NCBI GenBank assembly: GCA_007135605.1
Contig: SLIN01000075.1
Span: 1 to 60,909, forward strand
Reading direction: 5' to 3'
Length of the DNA: 60,909 nucleotides
From: Spirochaetales bacterium
Lineage (GTDB): Bacteria > Spirochaetota > Spirochaetia > DSM-27196 > SKKC01
Below the pieces are notes generated by a model. It searched no databases, was not told where the DNA came from, and saw only the letters and a list, made by a program, of their open reading frames with translations. The position numbers and the translations under genes are program-made. This document shows positions 21,946 to 30,939 of the stretch, piece by piece (position 1 is the stretch's first letter; the number at the start of each line of letters is the position of its first letter).

Positions 21946-23304
21946 ATGTCTCTCCCCGTCATTATCGGCATCCTGACGATCGGGATTATCGTCCTGGCGG
22001 CCATTGCCGTGTCTATTCTCAACCAGGATCGTCGAAAGAGCGGCGGTGGCGGCGGCAAGGTACGCGATCGCGCCACGATTCTGAAGCAGGCCAACAAGCG
22101 TCTCGCACAGAACCCGAAGGATGTCGGTGCGCTCAGCGAGCTCGCGGATCTCTACTATCGCGAAGAAGACTGGGAGAAGGCGTTCAAGACATACGACGCC
22201 CTCTTGCAGCTGGCTCCGAGCAACGATCAGGTTGACGAGTTCGAGGTCACTCTTCGGCACGCCCTCAGCGCCATGCGGGAAGGCCATCTCAATGAAGCGT
22301 ATAAGGGGCTGCTCCTTGCGCGACAGACGAAGCCGGATCTGTTCGAGATCAGCTACAACCTCGGATACCTGGAATTCCGGAGACGAAACTACGAGAAAGC
22401 GGTTTCGCTGCTCCGGGAGGCAAGTTCGCAGCAACCGGAGCATGGCGGGACACTCCGCTATCTCGGACAGGCGCTCTTTCGAATGAAGGAATACAAGAAT
22501 GCACTCGCGACCCTGCGTAGAGCGGTGGATCAGGAACCGGGGGATAAGGAGTCGCAGTTTGCACTTGCACAATGCTATTACGAGCTCGGTCAGCAGGAGC
22601 AGGCGTTGCGTATCTTCAGCCACCTCCGCGCCGATCCGACGCTCGGTCCGAGTGCCTCGTTGAGAGCCGGATTGATTCGCTCACAACAGAAGAAGTACGA
22701 GGAGGCGATCTACGACTTCGAGATCGGACTGAGGCACGAGTCGCTGAAGCCGGAAATCGAGCTCGAGCTGCGTTACCGCATGGCCAACGCGTACACACGC
22801 AATCAGCAGGTCAACAAGGCGGCACAGGTTCTTCGTGAAATTCACGCAATCAAGCCGGACTACAAAGATGTGGCAGCCCAGCTCGGTCGGGCGGAGGAGC
22901 TCAGCAGCGACAGGAATTTGCAGACGTATCTCATCGGCCCGTCGAGCGATTTTGTGAGCGTGTGCCGGCGCATAGTCGCCGCATATTTCTCGAATGCGAA
23001 CATGAAGCTCGAGGACATTCACGTGGAATCGAATCAGCACGCAGATCTGCTCGCCCAGGTGGAAACGCGGCACTGGGAGGATCTGATCCTGTTTCGATTT
23101 ATCCGCCACAGCGGCAATATCGGTGAGCTGATGCTGCGCGATTTCCACACGCGAATTAAGGAAGTGAAGGCCGGTCGCGGCATCTGTTTCTGTGCCGGTG
23201 AGTTCACCGATGGGGCACGGGCATTTGTGGAGGCTCGCCTGGTGGACCTCCACGACAAGAGAGAACTGCAGAAGCATCTGCAAAAGATCATGACGCGGTT
23301 CTAA
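21946..23304 (+). CDS. Membrane-anchored TPR-repeat protein with a C-terminal restriction-endonuclease-like (Mrr_cat/PD-(D/E)xK-like) domain.
   Basis: N-terminal TM LPVIIGILTIGIIVLAAIAVSIL, then multiple TPR motifs. The C-terminal 120 aa have Mrr_cat-like secondary-structure and motif order. An alternative upstream ATG at 21871 has no SD. 21946 is preceded by a TTGACG-17-AATAAT promoter-like element, suggesting a leaderless mRNA. Confidence 0.6.
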   Translation: MSLPVIIGILTIGIIVLAAIAVSILNQDRRKSGGGGGKVRDRATILKQANKRLAQNPKDVGALSELADLYYREEDWEKAFKTYDALLQLAPSNDQVDEFEVTLRHALSAMREGHLNEAYKGLLLARQTKPDLFEISYNLGYLEFRRRNYEKAVSLLREASSQQPEHGGTLRYLGQALFRMKEYKNALATLRRAVDQEPGDKESQFALAQCYYELGQQEQALRIFSHLRADPTLGPSASLRAGLIRSQQKKYEEAIYDFEIGLRHESLKPEIELELRYRMANAYTRNQQVNKAAQVLREIHAIKPDYKDVAAQLGRAEELSSDRNLQTYLIGPSSDFVSVCRRIVAAYFSNANMKLEDIHVESNQHADLLAQVETRHWEDLILFRFIRHSGNIGELMLRDFHTRIKEVKAGRGICFCAGEFTDGARAFVEARLVDLHDKRELQKHLQKIMTRF

Positions 23305-23954
23305 GGACTTCGTCGCGAAATAATAACGGCGTGCCGCTCGGCGTCGAGGCCCGGCACGACGAGCGGTTTAATGTCGAACACCGCGTCCGATGTCGCGACC
23401 GACCCGAGCTCCGTTTCGATTCGTTCGCGCCGTCCTTTCAACAGCAAGGCATGTCCGCCGTCTCGAAACATCCGAAGTAGATGATCCACGAACTCGCTAT
23501 CGATGGCGGTAAGCGCTCGAGCGACAACGAGATCGTAGCGATCATGACTCGGTACGGTGTAGGAGCGCTCACAAACGGTGACATTCGACAGACCGAGCAC
23601 CGCACGGCAGTTTCTCAAGAATCCGGCCCGACGCCCGCTGCGCTCGATAAGCGCGACCGTCGTGTCGGGCAGCGCCAGGGCCAGCGGAATGCCGGGCAGA
23701 CCGGCGCCGCTGCCGAGATCGGCGATCGTGCCCCTCTCCGGTAACACGGCACGAGCGAGCGGAACGGCCGCCATGCAGTCGAGGATATGGCGACCGACCA
23801 GCTCGTCTCCAGCGGCGTCCACGAGGCGCAGCTTTCGATTCCACAGTTCCAGCTCGGCGATGTAGCGCTCGAGCGACCGAGCGATATCGTCGCTGTTGTC
23901 GATCGACAGTGCGGCAAGCCCCTCGCGAAGCATTTCCCGACCGGAGTCGGTCAT
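23301..23954 (-). CDS. rsmG: 16S rRNA (guanine527-N7)-methyltransferase RsmG (GidB).
   Basis: SAM-binding motif ..[21 protein letters not shown].. ATGA overlap with mnmG upstream. Its stop overlaps the TPR gene stop (CTAA). Confidence 0.85.
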   Translation of the reverse strand: MTDSGREMLREGLAALSIDNSDDIARSLERYIAELELWNRKLRLVDAAGDELVGRHILDCMAAVPLARAVLPERGTIADLGSGAGLPGIPLALALPDTTVALIERSGRRAGFLRNCRAVLGLSNVTVCERSYTVPSHDRYDLVVARALTAIDSEFVDHLLRMFRDGGHALLLKGRRERIETELGSVATSDAVFDIKPLVVPGLDAERHAVIISRRSP

Positions 23955-25861
23955 TCTTCGGTGCCCCGTCTTACCCGATCCGCCTCGACGTGAGCCATGA
24001 GCACCGCAATGTCCGAGTTTCGCACTCCGGAAATCCGCGCGGCCTGGCCGAGGCTCATCGGCTTGATACTCTTCATCTTCTCGCGCCCTTCGTTCGACAG
24101 CCCGTGAACCGTGTCATAGTCGAAGTCTCGCCCGAGTTTCATCCGCTCGACACGCTCCATACGAGCTATCTGCTTCTCCTGACGGGCGACATACCCTTCG
24201 TACTTGACGTCGAGCTCGACCTGGCGAAGCCAGTCGGGCCGCACTGCGCTGACCGGCTCATAGTCGTAGGTGCCGTTCACGAGGGGGCTCACATCATCAA
24301 TCCGAATTTCCGGATCCTTGAGCACCTGGTAGAGCGTCTTGCCGAGGTGCCGCTCGAAGAGCGGCTTGCGCCCGTTCATTGCTTCGGCGGCATCGCCCTC
24401 GAAATCGCTTTGTCCGAGGCGCCGCCGGCGAAGCAGCTCCTTGAACTCATCGATGCGCTCACGCTTCTCGAGAAACCGCTGGTATCGCTCCTCATCGTGC
24501 AATCCAATCCCGTATCCCTTCTCGAAAAGGCGCATATCGCTCGAGTCGTGGCGCAACACAAGGCGATGCTCGGCGCGACTCGTGAACATGCGGTACGGCT
24601 CTTTCGTGCCGAGGGTCACCAGGTCGTCGCAGAGCACCCCGATGTACGCCTCCGCGCGTCCGAGGATAACCGGTTCGGCGCCCTGAAGCTTCCGCGCGGC
24701 ATTGATCCCGGCGACCAGCCCCTGGGCGGCCGCCTCCTCGTAACCGGAGCTTCCGTTGGTCTGTCCGGCGATAAAGAGCCCGTCGCAGAGCTTCGCCTCG
24801 AGGGTCGGGTAGAGCTGGGAGGGGTCGATGTAGTCGTACTCGACCGCGTAGCCGGGTCGCATAATCTCCGCCTGTTCGAGGCCGGGAATCGTATGGATGA
24901 ACTGTTCCTGAACCTCTTCCGGCATCGAAGAGCTAATACCGTTGAGATACATCTCCTCGGTATCGAGGCCCTCCGGTTCGATGAAGATCTGATGGCGGTC
25001 CTTGTCCGGGAATTTCACGACCTTGTCCTCGATGCTCGGGCAGTATCGCGCTCCGGTTCCGACAATCTCGCCGGAGTACAGTGGAGAACGCGCCATGTTC
25101 TCGCGAAGAATGCGGTGTGTCCTTTCGTTGGTAAAGGTGATGTAACACGACAGCTTCGGGCGCTCGACATCGTTGTGGCTGAAGCTGAACGGCACGATTT
25201 CCTCGTCGCCGAACTGCTCGTCCATGCGGTCGAAATCGAGGCTGCCGCGATGCACCCGCGCCGGTGTTCCGGTCTTGAGCCGTCCCATGCGGAAACCGAG
25301 CCGGGAAAGGGAGCGTTCGAGTCCGGCGGCCGCCGGCTCCGCCATCCGACCGGCGATCTCGCTGTACTCACCGACGAAAATGCGACCGTTGAGGAAGGTG
25401 CCGGTGGTGAGCACGACCACCCGGGAATGGAATCGCTTTCCGCGCTGCGTCCGCACGCCGAGTATGCGGCGGCGCTCGGAGTCGTATTCGAGCGAAGCCA
25501 CCGTATCCATATAGACGTGCAGATCTTTCTGCCGCTCGATGGTCTTCTTCGCGAGTACTTCGTACGCTTTCTTGTCCGCCTGGGCACGCGGAGCCTGCAC
25601 CGCGGGGCCGCGACTGCGATTGAGCACGCGAAACTGGATCATGGTCGCGTCGACGAGTCGGCCCATCTCGCCGCCGAGCGCGTCGATCTCGCGTACCATA
25701 TTCCCTTTCGCCAGCCCGCCGATCGCGGGGTTACAGCTGAGACGGCCGATCGTGTCGAGGCTCTGGGTTACCATCAGGGTGGAATAGCCGAGGCGGGAGA
25801 GCGCCATGCCCGCCTCGATACCGGCATGACCGCCACCGACCACTATTGCGTCGAAGTCCAT
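23951..25861 (-). CDS. mnmG: tRNA uridine-5-carboxymethylaminomethyl synthesis enzyme MnmG (GidA).
   Basis: N-terminal FAD motif [20 protein letters not shown] and full-length conservation. ATG confirmed. Confidence 0.95.
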   Translation of the reverse strand: MDFDAIVVGGGHAGIEAGMALSRLGYSTLMVTQSLDTIGRLSCNPAIGGLAKGNMVREIDALGGEMGRLVDATMIQFRVLNRSRGPAVQAPRAQADKKAYEVLAKKTIERQKDLHVYMDTVASLEYDSERRRILGVRTQRGKRFHSRVVVLTTGTFLNGRIFVGEYSEIAGRMAEPAAAGLERSLSRLGFRMGRLKTGTPARVHRGSLDFDRMDEQFGDEEIVPFSFSHNDVERPKLSCYITFTNERTHRILRENMARSPLYSGEIVGTGARYCPSIEDKVVKFPDKDRHQIFIEPEGLDTEEMYLNGISSSMPEEVQEQFIHTIPGLEQAEIMRPGYAVEYDYIDPSQLYPTLEAKLCDGLFIAGQTNGSSGYEEAAAQGLVAGINAARKLQGAEPVILGRAEAYIGVLCDDLVTLGTKEPYRMFTSRAEHRLVLRHDSSDMRLFEKGYGIGLHDEERYQRFLEKRERIDEFKELLRRRRLGQSDFEGDAAEAMNGRKPLFERHLGKTLYQVLKDPEIRIDDVSPLVNGTYDYEPVSAVRPDWLRQVELDVKYEGYVARQEKQIARMERVERMKLGRDFDYDTVHGLSNEGREKMKSIKPMSLGQAARISGVRNSDIAVLMAHVEADRVRRGTEE

Positions 25862-25934
25862 AGTGGTGCGGAGTTTAGCAGAATGCCGGTCCCGGCGGGA
25901 AGATGCAGCTGCACGGTTTTTCGGCCGGGGCTCG

Positions 25935-26002
25935 TGTCGCCGTCGTGCGTCGTGCGTCGCCGTCGTGCGTCGCCGTCGCGTGTCGCCGTCGTGCGTCGCC
26001 GC
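25935..26002. repeat. Intergenic tandem repeat: about 5 copies of a 13-nt unit (gtcgccgtcgtgc on + / gacggcgacgcac on the transcribed strand), with one truncated copy, between the mnmE stop and the mnmG start.
   Basis: Read directly: gtgtcgccgtcgtgcgtcgtgcgtcgccgtcgtgcgtcgccgtcgcgtgtcgccgtcgtgcgtcgccgcc. Confidence 0.6.
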
Positions 26003-27385
26003 CTACTTCCCTACGCAGAAGTCGCTGAACATCGCGTCGAGAATGTCGTCGGAGGTCACCTCGCCGGTTATCTCGCCGAGCGCATCCACGGCATCCTGCA
26101 GGTCGACGGCGACGAGATCGGCCGGCATCTCCGCCTGCATGCTCTCGAGGGTACGTTCGCACGCACCGACAGCCCGTTCGACAAGTCCTGCCTGTCGGGC
26201 GTTGTCGATAACCGTCTCGTCACCGCTCAAGCGCGCCGATCCGGCGGTGAGGAGCTCGGTTAACGCCGTGCGCAGCGCCTCGAGGCCCTCACCGGTTTCC
26301 GCCGAGACCGATTGGAAGCCGCGGGGTGGCGCTGTTCGGCGGTCGTCGCCGGCGAGAAGGTCCACCTTGTTCCATGCGCCGATAAGCCTCCGCTCGCTCC
26401 GAAGCATCTCGATAACACGCTCGTCCTCGGCGGTTACACCGACCCGGGCGTCCACCACGTATACTACCGCCGCTGCCTGTTCGATTACCTCGCGCGTACG
26501 TCGAATCCCCTCCCGCTCGACCGACTCATCGATTTCCCGAATACCCGCCGTGTCGTAGAGCTGCACCGGAATGCCGTCGAGATCGACGCTCGACTCGATG
26601 AAATCGCGCGTCGTTCCGTGCGTTTCGCTCACAATCGATCGATTCTCGCTGAGCAACAGGTTGAACAGACTGGACTTACCGGCGTTGGTCGCCCCGGCGA
26701 GCGTCACCCGAACGCCGGCCTGATAGAGCCGTCCGGCCGCATAGGTGGAAACCAGCGAACGCAGTTCGAAGATTGCCGATTCGATTTCCTCGGTTCGGTA
26801 GCCGACGACCCCGGTCTCTTCTTCCGGGTAGTCGAGCTGGACATTGACGGCCGCGAGCACGTGTACAAGTTCGCGCTTTATGCGATCGACCGCTTGCTCC
26901 ACCCGGCCGTCGAGTCGTCCGAGAGCGAGTTTTCGGGCGGTATCGGTACGAGCACCCACGATCTCGCGCACCGCTTCCGCCTGCGTAAGCCCGAGCTTAC
27001 CGGCCAGAAAGGCTCTCAGCGTGAACTCCCCCGGCTCCGCCTGCCTGAGCCCCGCGCGTGAGAGAGCATGCAGACACGATTTGACGCAGGCGATACTGCC
27101 GTGACAGCTGATCTCGACCGCATCCTGGCCGGTGTAGCTTCGTGGTGCGCGGTAGACTGTACACACTACCTGGTCGATCGCCTCGGCGCTATCGGGATCG
27201 CGGAAGGTTCCCACGACGGCGGTCCTGCCGGCTGCGCCGGTGAGCGATTTCGCAGGCGCGAAGCAACGGGCGACTCGTTCAACGACATCGTCTCCGGACG
27301 TCCGGACGAGCGCCAGCGCGCTTTCTGCGAGCGGAGTAGCAAGGGCATAGATCGATTCGTCGCGGTTGCTGTATGCGTAAGCCAT
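26003..27385 (-). CDS. mnmE: tRNA modification GTPase MnmE (TrmE).
   Basis: G-domain motifs (GATNAGKSSLFN, DTAG), C-terminal ..FCVGK. ATG confirmed. Confidence 0.9.
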   Translation of the reverse strand: MAYAYSNRDESIYALATPLAESALALVRTSGDDVVERVARCFAPAKSLTGAAGRTAVVGTFRDPDSAEAIDQVVCTVYRAPRSYTGQDAVEISCHGSIACVKSCLHALSRAGLRQAEPGEFTLRAFLAGKLGLTQAEAVREIVGARTDTARKLALGRLDGRVEQAVDRIKRELVHVLAAVNVQLDYPEEETGVVGYRTEEIESAIFELRSLVSTYAAGRLYQAGVRVTLAGATNAGKSSLFNLLLSENRSIVSETHGTTRDFIESSVDLDGIPVQLYDTAGIREIDESVEREGIRRTREVIEQAAAVVYVVDARVGVTAEDERVIEMLRSERRLIGAWNKVDLLAGDDRRTAPPRGFQSVSAETGEGLEALRTALTELLTAGSARLSGDETVIDNARQAGLVERAVGACERTLESMQAEMPADLVAVDLQDAVDALGEITGEVTSDDILDAMFSDFCVGK

Positions 27386-27511
27386 GGTCGTCTCAGAGCT
27401 TGCCGCAACCGGACGTCTCGATTCAACCTGGGAGCGTGTCGGACGACCCGGCGGCCCGTTTACCCGTCCCCGTCACCCCGGGTATTCTAACTCCGACGAA
27501 GGAGGGTGCGA

Positions 27512-28009
27512 ATGGACCTATCGGATTTGGATCGTCTCGACCCTGAGAACAGTGCCGCGGATGCCGATCTTTCCGGCCTGTCGAAACAGGAAGCGTACGA
27601 GTATGTACGTTCCTTCGTTACGACGCTGAAATCGGTGCAGCGTAGACTCGAGGAAGCAGGGCGCACGCTTTCGCTCTGGCAGGAGCGCGCGCGACTCGCT
27701 TACGAGAAGCAGGACCGGGAGCTTGCCCGGGTTGCTCTGGAGAAGTGGGAAGCATCGAAAGCCGAGGTGGAACGACTGCAGGAGGAGGAGCGCAAGCTCG
27801 CCCGAACCGTCGATCTGTTGAAGCAGAACTTTGCCAAGCTCAAACGTACGCCGGAGATGTCCGTGGATGCCGAGGCATTGAACGAGCAGATGGAAGAGAT
27901 CGTCGGCTCGCATGAGTCGCGAAAGACCGAAAAGTCTCTGCGCGATATCGAAATCGATTCGCAGCTGGAGCAACTTCGCAAGAAGATTCGCAACGAGGAT
28001 AACGAGTAG
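27512..28009 (+). CDS. Hypothetical acidic coiled-coil protein (about 165 aa).
   Basis: Heptad-rich, charged sequence with no TM. GGAGGG SD at 27501..27506 supports ATG 27512 rather than the track's GTG at 27506. Its stop is 2 nt before ugpQ, so the two are co-transcribed. Confidence 0.5.
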   Translation: MDLSDLDRLDPENSAADADLSGLSKQEAYEYVRSFVTTLKSVQRRLEEAGRTLSLWQERARLAYEKQDRELARVALEKWEASKAEVERLQEEERKLARTVDLLKQNFAKLKRTPEMSVDAEALNEQMEEIVGSHESRKTEKSLRDIEIDSQLEQLRKKIRNEDNE

Positions 28010-28011
28010 GT

Positions 28012-28779
28012 ATGAACAATCCGCTTTTTCCCGATCTTCCCCGTCCGTGGGTATTCGCCCACCGGGGATTCAGTGCCCGAAGGCCGGAGAATACGCTATC
28101 GGCGTTCGAAGCCGCAAAGGACGGCGGCGCCGACGGTGTCGAGCTCGACATTCAACTGTGCAGCACCGGCGAATTAGTCGTTTTCCACGATTGGACCGTC
28201 GACCGGATGACAGGCGCAAGCGGTACCGTTTCAGAGATGTCGTGGCGCGAGCTGAGCAAGCTATCGGTCGTCGGCGAGGAACGTATACCGCTTCTCACCG
28301 ATGTCTTCGATCGCCTCGGTCGTGATCTATACTACGACATCGAGATAAAAACACGTGAGCGGGAACCGACAGGGATCGAGCAGGCGCTCGGCTCGATGAT
28401 TCAGTCGCGCGGACTGGCCGACAGGATCCTTGTCAGCTCGTTCAACCCGATGCCTCTTCGGGAGTTCCGTCGGATGCATCCGGAAATCCCGACCTCGGTT
28501 ATCTACTCCAGAAGCAGCGACGTCCCGTGGATTCTCCGTGGCGGATTCGGCCGCTACATCGCGGGCACCGATGCGATCAAGCCCGATCATAAGCTGGTAG
28601 GGGCGTTCAGTATGCTTCGAAATCGACTGACTCGGACGCCGGTAATCCCGTGGACCATCGACGACCCGGACGAGGCGAGACGTCTCATCGCTCTGCGCTG
28701 CGACGGGCTCATCACAAACGAGCCGGCGCTTATAGCCGAGGCGATCAGAGAGCCGAAACCGGCGCTCAGCGGAGTGTAG
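28012..28779 (+). CDS. ugpQ: Glycerophosphodiester phosphodiesterase (GlpQ/UgpQ family).
   Basis: GDPD motifs ..VFAHRGFSARRPENTLSAFEAAKDGGADGVELDIQL..VVFHDWTVDR.. Confidence 0.85.
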   Translation: MNNPLFPDLPRPWVFAHRGFSARRPENTLSAFEAAKDGGADGVELDIQLCSTGELVVFHDWTVDRMTGASGTVSEMSWRELSKLSVVGEERIPLLTDVFDRLGRDLYYDIEIKTREREPTGIEQALGSMIQSRGLADRILVSSFNPMPLREFRRMHPEIPTSVIYSRSSDVPWILRGGFGRYIAGTDAIKPDHKLVGAFSMLRNRLTRTPVIPWTIDDPDEARRLIALRCDGLITNEPALIAEAIREPKPALSGV

Positions 28780-28780
28780 G

Positions 28781-30229
28781 TCACTCGAGGCGACGCATAA
28801 GCTCATATCCCGCTATCTCACCGATTCGGCGAAATGCCGCGCTAATCGTGCTGACCGAATCACCGCCGCTGCTTCGGGTGAATCCCGACCAGCCGCCGAG
28901 CACGCGGTTGCTTCCCGTCTCGATAACGGAGAAGTCTCCGTCCACGCGGGCGAGCATACCGTTGCGCTCCTCGAACTCCGTGATCGCCGTACGACCGACG
29001 ATCACGAGCTCGACGCTCGGTGCGTTGCCGAGCACCAGATCCACGATCTCGCGATCACTCATATCGGCGGCGACACCGGGGCTCGATCCGGCATGGACGA
29101 GAACGTAACCGGCCCGCTCCAGGGTAGTGGTGAGCGAGGTCGCGGCACGACTCTCGCTCAGTGGATTTCCCGCCCGATCACGTTCCACGACAACTACTGC
29201 TATAGATCGATCGGAGACGTCGAGTGCGAAATCGTACGGAAATCGGACGCGCAAATCGCGGATGACCGTACGAAGTGCCGTGAGCTCACGCCCGCCGTCG
29301 GCGACAGGAATAGCATCGAGCTCCGAGCTCAGCGATACGCCCATCCGTACGTAGCCGGATCCCGGCGGGGTGTCGTCGGGAAGCGCGAACGTGACTCGGC
29401 CCGAGGCGTCGGTAGACGCCCTCGTCGTGCCGATCCCCGTCCGGCCGTGTGCCAATCTTACCGGGTGAGTGATCGACACCGGGACGCCGGACAACGGCGT
29501 CGTCCCCTCCGCAGTCTCGGCGTACACCTGTGCGGTCATCGGATCATCGGCGACCGGGCGCATCCGGACGCTCGAGAGAACATCCTCAGCCCGTCTCAGG
29601 CTGGAAGGCATCGTCGACTTCATCCCGTCGATTTCGCTTTCGGCGGCCGCAGCTGCAGCGCGCAGGTAATGCTGCGCGGCCTTCACATAGTCGCCTTCGG
29701 CTTCCAGCGCAAACGCGGTCCGCATCGGCGCTTCGACCGCCTCGATCCGCGCCTCGAATAGCGCGGTCAGCCGCGCCCGCTCCCGCTCGAGCGCATCGCG
29801 ATCGTATCGCGCGAGCAGATGAATCTCCACCCGGCCGTCACGGACCTCGACGAACCGGTCCTCGATCCGCAGCCCCTCGATACGAGCGGTGCCGTGCTGC
29901 TCTACCGTACGTGTCACCCGGCCCGTGAAATCTTCGAGCGACGCCTCGGCAACCGCGGTGCTCTCGGTACGTATTGTGACACCGAGATAACGCGTGATCT
30001 CGGAGACGAGCGCGGCTGTTGCCTCGTCCTCGGCCGCCGCCCTGCTGCCCCCGGCGTCCACACCGCGTCCGACGAAGTACTCCGCGTCGCTGGAGGTCGG
30101 AGGAGATCCGAGAACCCATTCCGGCTGTTCGGCCCTCTCTTCGGGCGACAAATCAGGGGAGGTGGCACACGCGGAAGCAACCAGGAGCGACAGAGTACAT
30201 AATCCCAACAGACGATTTCGGCCGAGCAT
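28781..30229 (-). CDS. Lipoprotein with an N-terminal LPP20/FlgP-like domain and a C-terminal CsgG/LpoB-like alpha/beta domain.
   Basis: Lipobox LLVASAC. LPP20 signature ..PEWVLG..YFVGRGVDAGGSRAAAEDEATAALVSEITRYLGVTIRT.. C-terminal ..IAVVVVERDRAGNPL..VDLVLGNA..ARVDGDFSVIETGSNRVLGGWSG.. resembles the CsgG-family fold. Confidence 0.55.
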   Translation of the reverse strand: MLGRNRLLGLCTLSLLVASACATSPDLSPEERAEQPEWVLGSPPTSSDAEYFVGRGVDAGGSRAAAEDEATAALVSEITRYLGVTIRTESTAVAEASLEDFTGRVTRTVEQHGTARIEGLRIEDRFVEVRDGRVEIHLLARYDRDALERERARLTALFEARIEAVEAPMRTAFALEAEGDYVKAAQHYLRAAAAAAESEIDGMKSTMPSSLRRAEDVLSSVRMRPVADDPMTAQVYAETAEGTTPLSGVPVSITHPVRLAHGRTGIGTTRASTDASGRVTFALPDDTPPGSGYVRMGVSLSSELDAIPVADGGRELTALRTVIRDLRVRFPYDFALDVSDRSIAVVVVERDRAGNPLSESRAATSLTTTLERAGYVLVHAGSSPGVAADMSDREIVDLVLGNAPSVELVIVGRTAITEFEERNGMLARVDGDFSVIETGSNRVLGGWSGFTRSSGGDSVSTISAAFRRIGEIAGYELMRRLE

Positions 30230-30250
30230 GAACGCGCTACCGGACCGACA

Positions 30251-30916
30251 TCAGAGCCCTTCCTCGGCAAGCGCCCGGCGCACACGCTCGCGCACGGTTC
30301 GCTCATCCTCGGTTCTCGGCTCCTGCGCTTGTCGCTCCGCGACCTCAATGGCGTGAAGCACCTGACGATCGAGCAGATCGCGATCAATGGTATAGAGAAC
30401 GGTATAACGATACTCATCGCGGTCGACCGTAGTGCGGTCGGCTTCATACCAGCGATACTGAACCCACCATTCGCCGGCACGTCGGAAGCCGCTGAACTCC
30501 GCCTCGGACATGGTCTTAACTACGTTTTCCATGTACGTTTCGATCGCATCGACTTCCCCCGCCGCGGCACCGGCGAAGCGCTGCTCCACACGGGTGCTAA
30601 CCTGCTGCGCGATCTGAGCCGGTGCGCTGAAGTTCTGCGCCCACATCTCCACCCCGCGCAGATCGCTGCCGGATTCCTCCAGAACGACAGCATACGTGCC
30701 TTCGAACTCATCCATCGCCTCAACGGCGGCCGCACCCTCGAGGCTTACCCGCACCCATTCCGGTGCGTCGACACCGCGCGAGCTTCCTCTGTGCTGCAAC
30801 ACGACGAACGGTTGCACCGCTTCATCGGCCGGATCGGGTGTGCTCGCGCACCCGACGATTACCAGCAGTACCGCGGAGGTCACAACGCATATTCGAAGCA
30901 GTCCACGCATAGCCAA
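30251..30916 (-). CDS. Small lipoprotein, LPP20/FlgP-like.
   Basis: Lipobox VIVGCAS, and ..PEWVRVSLEGAAAVEAMDEFEGTYAVVLE..APAQIAQQVSTRVE.. has the same pattern as LPP20 family members. Confidence 0.5.
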   Translation of the reverse strand: MAMRGLLRICVVTSAVLLVIVGCASTPDPADEAVQPFVVLQHRGSSRGVDAPEWVRVSLEGAAAVEAMDEFEGTYAVVLEESGSDLRGVEMWAQNFSAPAQIAQQVSTRVEQRFAGAAAGEVDAIETYMENVVKTMSEAEFSGFRRAGEWWVQYRWYEADRTTVDRDEYRYTVLYTIDRDLLDRQVLHAIEVAERQAQEPRTEDERTVRERVRRALAEEGL

Positions 30917-30939
30917 GGCTCCTCTGTAGCCGGTCCGAA

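Noticed and set aside
25935-26002. Possible CRISPR array
   Set aside because: Units are 13 nt, directly tandem and without spacers, and no cas genes are nearby. This is a simple tandem repeat, not CRISPR.
23909-26263. 784-aa ORF on the plus strand
   Set aside because: Antisense to mnmG and the 3' end of mnmE, both of which have unambiguous homology. Shadow ORF.
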